From assembly GCA_963738245.1 (NCBI GenBank), contig CAVTWB010000010.1, positions 161,603 to 225,602 of the forward strand: 64,000 nucleotides of DNA, read 5' to 3'. A program made the position numbers and the translations under genes. This DNA comes from an uncultured Verrucomicrobiae bacterium. GTDB taxonomy: Bacteria > Verrucomicrobiota > Verrucomicrobiia > Limisphaerales > UBA11358. The notes beneath the pieces were generated by a model that did not search any database, was not told the origin of the DNA, and saw nothing but the letters and a program-made list of their open reading frames with translations. Positions 9,279 through 17,533 of the stretch are shown in pieces. The first letter of the stretch is position 1; every line of letters begins with the position of its first letter.

Positions 9279-10390
9279 GGCGATTGACTGTTGGGAACGT
9301 TCAGGTTCAAAAGGTCTTCACGGATTTTATCCTCCAGATCGAAAATCACGACGTCCTGCGTGTTGGTGACGAGCAAAATGTATTTGCGCGCGTTGGCCGT
9401 GGCGCTGGCGAAGGTCTGAAAATACGCGCGCTGCCGGTAAACCGATGGCGCAGCCTCGAAAGCCGGAATCTGGTTGGTGAACAGCGCCGCGCGCGCGAGC
9501 GCCTGGACTTCGAGCCGCTGGCGCGTCGCCTCGGCGACATTGGTCGTCGTGAACGCCAGCGCGCCGGCGAGCGCGTTCGTCTGGATGGCGTAGGCTTTGG
9601 CGTAATTGTTGGTCGTAATCGCCAACTGCTCTGCGCCGACGACTTTTTCATAGTCGCCCGCCACCTTCACCGGCGGATGGATGTCCTGCAGCCCGACAAA
9701 CAAAATTTTCACACCCAGCTTGCGCGCGTCTGCGGCAGCCTGGATTTGATCGCGCAAGGTTTGCGCGGCCTCCAGCCTCGCCTTGGACATGACGGAGTTC
9801 AAATCCACGCCGGCGAGGAAATGCACCACCGCCCGCGTGGCCAGATCCTGTAGCAGATTTGTCGGGTCGGCATTTTGATAGGCCCACGCCATCACGTCGT
9901 TGATCTGGAATTGCACCGGAATGCTGACGGTGATAAGGCTGACCGGCGGCGCCTTCAGCGTGTCGTTGGTGCCGGCATTGGCGTCCTGAATCGTCACCGC
10001 TTCGCGGTTGCCGACGAGAAAATTTTCCTCCTTCGCGTGGGCAACGCTCCACAAAATCGTGTTTGCATTTTCGCTTTGCGCATCCGGCGTGTAGCCGACA
10101 TCGAAGGTCTGGATCTGCTCCGTGCGATATTGATAAACCCGATCCGCGGGCCACGGCAGCTTGAAATGCGCGCCCGGCGTCAAAACGCCGCCTGCCACCG
10201 GCTTGCCGAACCGTTCCAGGACGGCCTGCTCGCCCGCGTCCACGAAAACGACGCAGGTGGACAACAGCAGCACGAGCAATTGCAGCAGCAGCAGCCAGAC
10301 AAGATTTTTTTTTACCAGTTGAAAAAACCAGGTTTCGGAAACATTGAAGCCAAACTGGTAATCAATGGTCTTGGCCGCCGTCGTGAACAA
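9275..10390 (-). CDS. SPFH/band-7 protein, HflK-like
   Basis: TM LVWLLLLQLLVLLLSTCVVFV followed by DAGEQAVLERFGKPV. 4-nt overlap with the next SPFH gene. Confidence 0.8.
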   Translation of the reverse strand: MFTTAAKTIDYQFGFNVSETWFFQLVKKNLVWLLLLQLLVLLLSTCVVFVDAGEQAVLERFGKPVAGGVLTPGAHFKLPWPADRVYQYRTEQIQTFDVGYTPDAQSENANTILWSVAHAKEENFLVGNREAVTIQDANAGTNDTLKAPPVSLITVSIPVQFQINDVMAWAYQNADPTNLLQDLATRAVVHFLAGVDLNSVMSKARLEAAQTLRDQIQAAADARKLGVKILFVGLQDIHPPVKVAGDYEKVVGAEQLAITTNNYAKAYAIQTNALAGALAFTTTNVAEATRQRLEVQALARAALFTNQIPAFEAAPSVYRQRAYFQTFASATANARKYILLVTNTQDVVIFDLEDKIREDLLNLNVPNSQSP

Positions 10391-11159
10391 ACTTTCCGGC
10401 TGGCCGAGCAGGCCGATCGAGGCGGCTGTCGTAAATCAGCCGGGAAATTTTCCCCTTCACGCGCGGCCGGTAAATTTCCAGCAGCAGCGTGATGAGGATT
10501 TCCGCCGCCATCAGGCCGAGCAAAACGCACAGGGCTTTCGCGACGTAGTAATCCAGCCGCGGCAGCTCCGTTTTGGTGCCGGCGATGGCCAGCGCCGTGG
10601 CGAAACAAATATACGCGCCCAGCAAAATGAAACTCGCGCCGGGCCGGAGCAGCCGGTTGTTTTCCAGCCGCGCCATCGTCACGGAAAACCGGCCAAACAA
10701 AAACAGCAGCAGCGCGAAAATGGCAAACAGCGAGAGCGCCGGCATCGCGCGGTCGGGCGCGATCACGCTGGTTGCATTGGCAATCCAGCGCCAGAGCAGC
10801 CACGCGCCGCCCGCTTCGAGCAGCAGCAGCAGCACGCCAAAGCCCGGCACGAAAAATTTCTCGAACTGCTCGCGGGCGCGGCGGGCCGGAAAAACCTCCG
10901 ATTCTTTCGCGTCAAAAAGGTTTGAGCCGCCCTTGGTGCGGGGCAGTTCGTCAATTTCCAGTTTTTCCAGCCGTTCGTTTTCCTCGAGCCGCATCTGGAA
11001 CCAGCTCGCGAATGCGACCAGCGCCGCGAGTCCGAGGAAGATCGAGGCCGCCTGGCCAGCCAGCGAGCGGACATAAGTCGTCACGACAAACGCGGCGACA
11101 AAAATCATCGCCGCCGCGAGCAGGTTCACCAGCCCGTTTTTTTGAACATTGCGTTCCAC
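10362..11159 (-). CDS. polytopic membrane protein of unknown function (first gene of the SPFH block)
   Basis: At least 6 hydrophobic segments. The 3' end overlaps the SPFH gene by 29 nt, and the upstream part of the SPFH frame is also open, so a fusion or frame error cannot be excluded. Confidence 0.55.
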   Translation of the reverse strand: MERNVQKNGLVNLLAAAMIFVAAFVVTTYVRSLAGQAASIFLGLAALVAFASWFQMRLEENERLEKLEIDELPRTKGGSNLFDAKESEVFPARRAREQFEKFFVPGFGVLLLLLEAGGAWLLWRWIANATSVIAPDRAMPALSLFAIFALLLFLFGRFSVTMARLENNRLLRPGASFILLGAYICFATALAIAGTKTELPRLDYYVAKALCVLLGLMAAEILITLLLEIYRPRVKGKISRLIYDSRLDRPARPAGKFVHDGGQDH

Positions 11160-11164
11160 GTTTT

Positions 11165-11250
11165 GTTAAATCGTTAAATCGTTACTTTGTTAAATCGTTG
11201 CACCGGGATTTGCCGAACCGGTTTAACGATTCGACCATTCAACAATTTAG
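11165..11250. repeat. inverted pair of tandem-word arms (gttaaatc words)
   Basis: gttaaatc gttaaatc gttacttt gttaaatc gttgcaccgg ... ccggtttaacgattcgaccattcaacaattt. Occupies the spacer between two minus-strand genes. Confidence 0.6.
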
Positions 11251-11253
11251 CTT

Positions 11254-12216
11254 TCAGCTTAATTCCCGCTCTTCAAATAGCGCCGTGCCGGCCGCGAGCG
11301 CCGCGCCGGCGTAACAAATCATGTAGCCGAACGCCTTGCCGACATAACCCCATTGAAAGGTGTTTTTGCCCATGTCGAGCGCGTCGCCGAGCCAGAAAAG
11401 TTGCCAGTTCGGGACGACGCTGTAAAGCGTCGAAGCCCACCAACTGCCTTTGGACGCCGGCAATCCGAAAAAATAATCCGACATCAGCCCGAGCAGAAAA
11501 ATCGCCGAACAGATGGCCAGCGTCGGAATCGTGTCGAACCGCGTCGAACATGCCAGCGCCACCGCCGCAAGAATCCACAGCGCGAATAAAATTAAAATTC
11601 CCGCCGGCAGCAGGTTCCAGTTCACCCGCGCCTGCGTGCCAAGGCTTTCCTGCTGCGTTGTAAATTGGAAAATGATGAATGCCGCGAGCGTTGCAAAAAT
11701 CAGCATCGCAAAAACCGCGTCGCTCACGAACGGACGGCGCAGAAAGAAATTGCTGAACCCGGCGAACGCGTAGGCGACGGCGATGCCACCGCCAAAAATG
11801 CCGACCGCCGGCAAATCCGTTTTTCCGTAGGCGTCGAACGCCATGCGGCTGGCGAGCAGCACCCCGACCATGTTCACATACGTCAGCACCGTCAGCGCCG
11901 CGGCGAGTCCGGCGAACTTCGCGAGCAAAAACTGCGCGCGGCTCACCGGTTTGGACAGGACGGCCAGTGCCGTGCCGCTGCGGATTTCCCGCGCGAGCGA
12001 CGACGACGCGCTCAACACCGCGCCGAACAGCCCGGACAGGAGCATCACCGCCAGCGCGCTGTTTTCCACCAGCTTTGGCTCGTCGCCGAACGCGAAGTAA
12101 TAGGGAACGGCCAGAAAAATCTCGAACATCACGGAACCCGTCATCAACAGCAGAAAAATCGGCTGCCGGATGAGTTCCATGAAGGCGTTGACCGCGATGT
12201 TGCAAAATTGACGCAT
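11254..12216 (-). CDS. ABC-2 family (NosY-like) transporter permease
   Basis: Six or more TM segments and the motif SLAREIRSGTALAVLSKPVSRAQ typical of ABC-2/NosY-type permeases. Confidence 0.75.
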   Translation of the reverse strand: MRQFCNIAVNAFMELIRQPIFLLLMTGSVMFEIFLAVPYYFAFGDEPKLVENSALAVMLLSGLFGAVLSASSSLAREIRSGTALAVLSKPVSRAQFLLAKFAGLAAALTVLTYVNMVGVLLASRMAFDAYGKTDLPAVGIFGGGIAVAYAFAGFSNFFLRRPFVSDAVFAMLIFATLAAFIIFQFTTQQESLGTQARVNWNLLPAGILILFALWILAAVALACSTRFDTIPTLAICSAIFLLGLMSDYFFGLPASKGSWWASTLYSVVPNWQLFWLGDALDMGKNTFQWGYVGKAFGYMICYAGAALAAGTALFEERELS

Positions 12217-12317
12217 GAACGTCCGACCAGCTTACAAACCGCGCGCACGTTTGCAAACGGTTATTCAGCTTGGGCAAGGAAGTTGAGGTGGAAAATGACG
12301 TTTGCGTTCAAAAAAAG

Positions 12318-14808
12318 TTACGCCATCGCGCGGGCGATGCTGTTCCACCACGCGTCGTGCAGTTCGGTGAGCGGGGCGGAGAATTCGCCGCTGGCGGTTT
12401 TCACCGTCAGCTTGTCGCCGCCGACTTTGCCGATTTGCACCGCGGGCACGCCCATGAGCTTGGCGCGTTCGACGACTTTCACGGCGTCGAGCGCCTTGCA
12501 ACTGATGACGATGCGCGATTGCGTTTCGCCGAAGAGCAACGCGTCGAGGCGCGTAGTGGTAGGGACGCGTTCCACCGCGTCCCCATCTTCCAGTTTGGGA
12601 CGACGTGGAAGTCGTCTCTACCAACGAAAGATCAATCGTCGCGCCGATAAGGCGCGGCGTTTCGCGGGCGATGAGTTGGCTAATGCAGCTTTCCGCGAGC
12701 GCGACGGCGAGGCCGCCTTCGCTGCAATCGTGCGCGCTCTTCACGAGGCCGGATTGGATCAGGCCGATGAGCGTGGTGTGCAGCGTCTTCGCGACTTCAA
12801 GGTCGCAGCGCGGCGGCGAACCGTTCTTCTTGCCGTGGACGACTTGCAGATACGCGCTGCCGCCGAGGCCGAAAATCGGATCGTCTTTGTCCACCGCTTC
12901 GCCGAGCAGGATGATGGCGTCGCCTTCGTCCTTGAACCATTGCGTGGTGACGTGCTCCAGCTTCTCGATGAGGCCGACGACGGAAATCGTGGGCGTCGGA
13001 TCAATCGGGCCGGCGGGGCTTTGATTGTAGAGCGAGCAATTGCCGCCGGTGACGGGCGCGTTGAAGGCTTTGCAACCTTCCGCCAGACCGCGCACGGATT
13101 CCTTGATCTGCCAGAACAGCTCGGGCTTGAGCGGGCTGGGCATGTTGAGATTGTCCGTCGCGCCGAGCGGAATCGCGCCGGAGCAAGCGAGATTGCGGCA
13201 CGCTTCGGCCACGGCGATTTTCGCGCCTTCGTAGGGATCGAGATAAACGTAACCGCCGTTGCAATCCACGGTCATGGCGATCAACTTCTCGGAAACTGTC
13301 GGGTCGCCAACTTTCGCGGCGAGTTCCGCGCTCATCACGGGCAACGAATCCGTCTTGATGCGGATGACCGCCGCGTCGCTGCCGGGCAGAACGACTGAGC
13401 CGTCGCGCACTTGATGATCGTATTGGCGATAGACCCAGTTCTTCGACGCGATGCTCGGCCACGCCAAAAGCTTTATCAAATCGTCAGACGGGAGATTGGG
13501 TATCGGGAATATCCGTCCAGCCGGAACGCTCGAACATCTTTCAGATACGCCGGCTCAACGGCTTCGCGCTGATACACCGGCGATTCGTCGGCAATTTTCC
13601 GCGCGGGAATATCCACGACGAGTTTGCCGCCGTGCCGCACCTTCATGTGGCCGGTGTCGGTGATGATGCCGATCTCGGACCACGGCAAATCCCACTTGTC
13701 GAAAATGCGTTTCACTTCCTCTTCGCGGCCCTTGTGGACGACGATGAGCATGCGCTCCTGCGATTCCGAAAGCATGATCTCGTAGCTGCTCATGTTCGGC
13801 GCGCGTTGCGGAACTTTGTCGAGTTCGATCTCGATGCCCGTGCCGGCGCGCGCCGCCATTTCGCAGGTGGAACAGGTCAAACCCGCCGCGCCCATGTCCT
13901 GCATGCCGGCGACGCAACCGGTGGCGAGCAGTTCGAGGCACGCTTCGCACACGAGTTTTTCCATGAACGGATCGCCGACCTGCACCGCGCCGCGCTGTTG
14001 CTCGGCGGATTCCTCGGTCAAATCCTGCGACGCAAACGCCGCGCCCGCGAGACCGTCGCGACCCGTCGCCGGGCCGACGTAAAACACGGGATTGCCCACG
14101 CCCTTGGCCGCGCCGCGCGTGATCTGTTCGTGGCGCAGCACGCCGAGGCAGAACGCGTTCACGAGCGGATTGCCTTGATACGTCTTGTCGAAATACACCT
14201 CGCCCGCGACGGTCGGGATGCCGAAGCAATTCCCGTAATGCGCGATGCCGCTGACGACGCCGGCGAACAGGCGGCGGTTGTTGCGATTTCGATTTTGTGC
14301 TTTGGGGATCACGCGCCCTCGGCGTTGCGACGACCCCGTCGTTCGAATTTCGATTGACGAGGCGTCACCGCGACGGTCGCGCTCCCGTTTATTCGTCCGT
14401 GATCGGCCCAAAGCGCAGCGAGTTCACCGCGCAGACCGGCCGCGCGCCCATCGTGAAAATGTCGCGCACGATGCCGCCGACGCCGGTGGTCGCGCCCTGA
14501 AACGGCTCGACCGCGCTCGGATGGTTGTGCGACTCGATCTTGAACGCGATGGCGATGCCGTCGCCGATGTCAATGATGCCGGCATTTTCCTCGCCCGCGC
14601 CGACGAGGATTTTCGGCGACTTGGTGGGGAAGGTCTTGAGCAGCGGCTTGGTGTTTTTGTAGCTGCAATGCTCGCTCCACATCACGGAAAAGATGCCGAG
14701 CTCGGTGTAGCTCGGCGTGCGGCCGAGGATTTCCACGGCGTGGGCGTATTCTTCCGGCGTGAGGTTGTGCTTGGCAACCAACTCTGGGGTGATGGCGGGT
14801 TCGGTCAT
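12318..14808 (-). pseudogene. purL: phosphoribosylformylglycinamidine synthase subunit PurL, split over four frames as assembled
   Basis: Pieces read in order: [11 protein letters not shown]...CSYKN...[24 protein letters not shown]...[10 protein letters not shown]; then [26 protein letters not shown]...; then LLAWPSIASKNWVYRQYDHQV...PVTGGNCSLYNQ...; then RLDALLFGETQSRIVISC...WWNSIARAMA*. The breaks are near 14389, 13480-13520 and 12575-12610. Confidence 0.88.
14281..14307 (-). repeat. heptamer-word repeat inside purL (part of an insertion of about 110 nt)
   Basis: The coding strand reads CCCCAAA GCACAAA ATCGAAA TCGCAAC and encodes PKAQNRNRN immediately before the conserved [11 protein letters not shown]. 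Confidence 0.55.
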
Positions 14809-14969
14809 GGAAAAAATTTTAATTCAATTAAACTTGGCAGCTCGCGCGTCAATTTCCGGGCGAAACTCAATTTCAATCCGGTCAAAGTAAAACTTTCAGT
14901 CGCGCTTGGAAATCAAAAACCAAAAGCCGTGAGCCACGGCAGGCAATGGCCAACCGCAAGGTTCAAAAC

Positions 14970-14996
14970 GGCCTTTAGAAACGGAGGCCTTTTTTT
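14970..14996 (+). terminator. orphan plus-strand intrinsic-terminator-like hairpin upstream of brnT
   Basis: GGCCT ttagaaacgg AGGCC followed by T7. No plus-strand gene lies upstream of it. Confidence 0.4.
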
Positions 14997-15033
14997 GTTT
15001 GCAGCCACGGCTTCCGTCGGTTCAACTTTCCCC

Positions 15034-15315
15034 ATGCTCACGTTTGAATGGGACGCGAACAAGGCCAGAGCCAATCTGACCAAGCACGCCGTCAGCTTTC
15101 AGGAGGCCACCACGGTTTTTGGCGATCCGGTTTCCATCACCATTCCCGACCCGGCGCACTCGCAGGCCGAGAACCGGTTCATCATTTTGGGCAAGTCGCA
15201 TCAGGGCAGAATTCTGGTTGTCGCCCACACCGAACGCGGCGATAATATCCGTGTCATCAGCGCGCGACCCGCGAGCCGCCGCGAAAGAAAACAATATGAG
15301 CAAGCCATCAGCTAA
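15034..15315 (+). CDS. brnT: BrnT-family (DUF497) toxin
   Basis: MLTFEWDANKARANLTKHAVSFQEATTVFGDP...RFIILGKS..GRILVVAHTERGDNIRVISARPASRRERKQY, which is the characteristic BrnT pattern. Confidence 0.8.
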   Translation: MLTFEWDANKARANLTKHAVSFQEATTVFGDPVSITIPDPAHSQAENRFIILGKSHQGRILVVAHTERGDNIRVISARPASRRERKQYEQAIS

Positions 15316-15517
15316 ATCAGCAGATAAAGAAATGCAGCCGGAATATGATTTTTCAGCCGGTGTGCGTGGCAAGCATTTCCGGCGCTACCAGCGCGGCACG
15401 AACGTGGTGGTGCTCGATCCGGACGTGGCCAAGTTTTTTTCCAACGCCGAAACCGTGAACGATTCGCTGCGCGCACTCGCGGGCATCATCCGCCGCCAAA
15501 AAGTTGTGGTGAAATAA
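15296..15517 (+). CDS. brnA: BrnA-like antitoxin
   Basis: Overlaps the brnT 3' end by 20 nt. Contains PEYDFSAGVRGKH...VVVLDPDVAKFF...SLRAL, typical of antitoxins partnered with BrnT. Confidence 0.65.
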   Translation: MSKPSAKSADKEMQPEYDFSAGVRGKHFRRYQRGTNVVVLDPDVAKFFSNAETVNDSLRALAGIIRRQKVVVK

Positions 15518-15519
15518 TT

Positions 15520-16134
15520 ATGAAGAAAACCTGTATTGTGATGGTTGCGATTATTTTGGTCGCAATTCTCAATCAGGGATGCTCCTCTCTTGGTGAACTG
15601 CCGTCCGGCAAGGTATGGTATAAGCCCGGAATAAGCGAAGATCAAACACAGTTGGATTGGTTGATTTGCCAACAAGTAGCATTGCAAAACGGCTCTCTTC
15701 AAGCAGCCCCCAATCAAATACAAGCAACACCCAGCCAATCTTACAATCCACCTACCACTGTTCAACCGAATGCTTACGGTTTGGGAGTCAATGCCGACCA
15801 ATATGGCCGGCCAAGCACCTACCAGTTGCAAAATGGCCAACAACTCGATCCGATATTCAACGCAGGTGTGAAGCAAAACGCGTATGGACCAGGCGTTGGG
15901 CAAGACCAGTTTGGGAGACCTGTTTATAATACTCCATACGATAATGCTGCATCTGGAAATTATGGACAGGGAAGTGATGCCGGGGGACAGATTGCCTTAA
16001 ACATGCTAAATGTGATGGCAGAAAACGGCAGAGCCAAAAGCTTAATGACGGCAAAGGGGTATCGTTTAGTAAGCACAAATTCACCTTCGCTGATAAACAG
16101 ACCGCTGCATTTTACTGACGCGGACTTTAAATGA
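15520..16134 (+). CDS. lipoprotein of unknown function, Q/N/G/P-rich with a duplicated NAYGxGVxxDQ[YF]GRP motif
   Basis: Lipobox ILNQGC. Starts 2 nt after the brnA stop. Visibly lower GC than the flanks. Confidence 0.6.
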   Translation: MKKTCIVMVAIILVAILNQGCSSLGELPSGKVWYKPGISEDQTQLDWLICQQVALQNGSLQAAPNQIQATPSQSYNPPTTVQPNAYGLGVNADQYGRPSTYQLQNGQQLDPIFNAGVKQNAYGPGVGQDQFGRPVYNTPYDNAASGNYGQGSDAGGQIALNMLNVMAENGRAKSLMTAKGYRLVSTNSPSLINRPLHFTDADFK

Positions 16135-16170
16135 ACGACAAGGGCGGCCAGTGTTACAAAAACACTGCTT

Positions 16171-16641
16171 ATGAATAAACCAGCGGCTGTCATTGATAAA
16201 TCGCTGTTGCAGGCCATTTGCGAACAAAAGGCAGAGAAACGGAGTGCTTATTACAAAGCATTGTCCAAGCACTATCAAGTAGTCGTTACGCTGGTTTTGG
16301 TTGAAGAAATTTGGGTCAACATTGCAAAACCTAACGAAAAAACACCGCCAACGGTTCTTGCAAACTTGCAGGATTTTCTTCGATTACACGATTCGTGGAT
16401 TGCTGATCCTTTAGAAATTGCGTTTGCCGAGCTTGTAAAAGGAGAGTCAGTTAAAATCCTTCCACGACCAGCTAATAATTTGGAGCATAGTTTTTCCATA
16501 CTGCGTCCTGAAAATCCAGCACTGGTAAATTGGGTAGAAATCAGGCGATCAAAATACTTGGCCGTGGATTTCGCGACCAATTTAATAATCTTGCCGATGA
16601 AAGATATGTCCAATCTGCATTGCTGTGTGACCGATTATTAA
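16171..16641 (+). CDS. hypothetical protein (low GC); may continue in the 16530-16766 frame after a frame break near 16540
   Basis: ORF of 156 aa. The overlapping +1 ORF continues in a protein-like way (..AIKILGRGFRDQFNNLADERYVQSALLCDRLL..). No family recognised. Confidence 0.4.
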   Translation: MNKPAAVIDKSLLQAICEQKAEKRSAYYKALSKHYQVVVTLVLVEEIWVNIAKPNEKTPPTVLANLQDFLRLHDSWIADPLEIAFAELVKGESVKILPRPANNLEHSFSILRPENPALVNWVEIRRSKYLAVDFATNLIILPMKDMSNLHCCVTDY

Positions 16642-16851
16642 CGCGTGACAAAGGAATGCACAATGTTATGACACTGCTCAAAGATTGCGGGTTTTGGGAT
16701 GGAATATCTGTCTTCATTGATCCCAAAAAAGACATGGAAATTCAAATTTCTCAAAGCCTAATCTAGTTTTAGAAAAATTCTTCCACCCATTCTGCATTCG
16801 TTCAAGCGCGGGCAATTCATCCAAGATTTTCTGGATGACTGCCCTTCGGAA

Positions 16852-17136
16852 TTACTGCCCCGCATCCAGCCGCAGCAGGCAATGGCCGAAATCCACCACC
16901 GGCTGGCCGGGCGTGGGCAGATATTGGCGCACGATCTGGTAGACGCCGCCGCGCCCCCGCTCCACCAGTCCCGCCTTCTGCAAAACTTGCAGATGTTTGA
17001 CGCTGCTGTCGTAGCTGCAACCGCCCACCGCCGCCAGTTCGGCAATCGTCCGCGCCTCGCCGCAGGTCAATTCCTTGAGCATCTTCCAGCGCGACATCTG
17101 GTTGATGGCTTGAAGCGCCCGTTTGAGGTCGGGCAA
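16852..17136 (-). CDS. ArsR/SmtB-family winged-helix transcriptional regulator
   Basis: RWKMLKELTCGEARTIAELAAVGGCSYDSSVKHLQVLQKAGLVERGRGGVYQI matches the ArsR-type HTH pattern. TTG start. Confidence 0.7.
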   Translation of the reverse strand: MPDLKRALQAINQMSRWKMLKELTCGEARTIAELAAVGGCSYDSSVKHLQVLQKAGLVERGRGGVYQIVRQYLPTPGQPVVDFGHCLLRLDAGQ

Positions 17137-17220
17137 CGGCTTGACGATGGCATTTTTCGCGTGTTCTAGGTGTTGAATTCATGCAGAAAACCTTAAATAA
17201 TGGGGAAATCAATGTCAACT

Positions 17221-17525
17221 GACGGATCGCTTATTCTGTTGACAGGATGGCTTCTTCTGTCAGGCGAGGAATGGAATTTTTATCGGCGGGAATGCTTTTT
17301 CCATAGGAGGGACGTAAACATTTTCTACAGAAGAGATGGCATTCTTCTTCGGCGGGATGGAATTGTTTGCTGGCAGGATTTTGCCTAAGATTGTCGGCGA
17401 GATTGCTTTGTTTGTCGGCCGGAATGCCTTTTCTTTCAGCCGGATTGCTTATTACTCGGGCCGGCCGGCCTTTTCGTTCCGGCGGATTCGCCTTTAATCA
17501 CGGCGCGAGTCCATTTGCTCATGCC
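17221..17525. repeat. tandem array A1: about 14-15 degenerate units of about 21 bp (GGCGGGA-type dyad core plus T-tract)
   Basis: Unit starts at 17221, 17241, 17263, 17285, 17306, 17330, 17351, 17372, 17396, 17417, 17438, 17459, 17481 and 17502. Example units: ggcgggaatgctttttccata, ggcaggattttgcctaagattgtc, ggcggattcgcctttaatcac. The right end is 8 nt from the purQ stop. Confidence 0.85.
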
Positions 17526-17533
17526 TTTCATGC

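Noticed and set aside
10362-10450. Fusion of the polytopic membrane protein with the first SPFH protein through a frame error.
   Set aside because: The SPFH frame is open upstream of its TTG start (..ASIGLLGQPESLFTTAAK..), but a 29-nt overlap of two separate genes is equally plausible and I have no homologue in mind to decide. It is left as two CDSs.
11665-13398. Very long plus-strand ORF (577 aa), and similar ORFs at 12..977, 1441..2625, 26589..27941, 30905..32320, 36834..38363, 39633..40805 and 52870..54228.
   Set aside because: They lie antisense to clearly recognisable genes (purL, rimO, hemL, opgH, opgG, polX and others). Their R/A/G/H-rich low-complexity composition is typical of shadow ORFs in high-GC DNA, and no motifs are recognisable.
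14930-14965. tRNA fragment or att site (aaggttcaaaac resembles a T-loop) at the islet edge.
   Set aside because: No complementary T-stem or acceptor sequence is present, so the resemblance is limited to a few bases.
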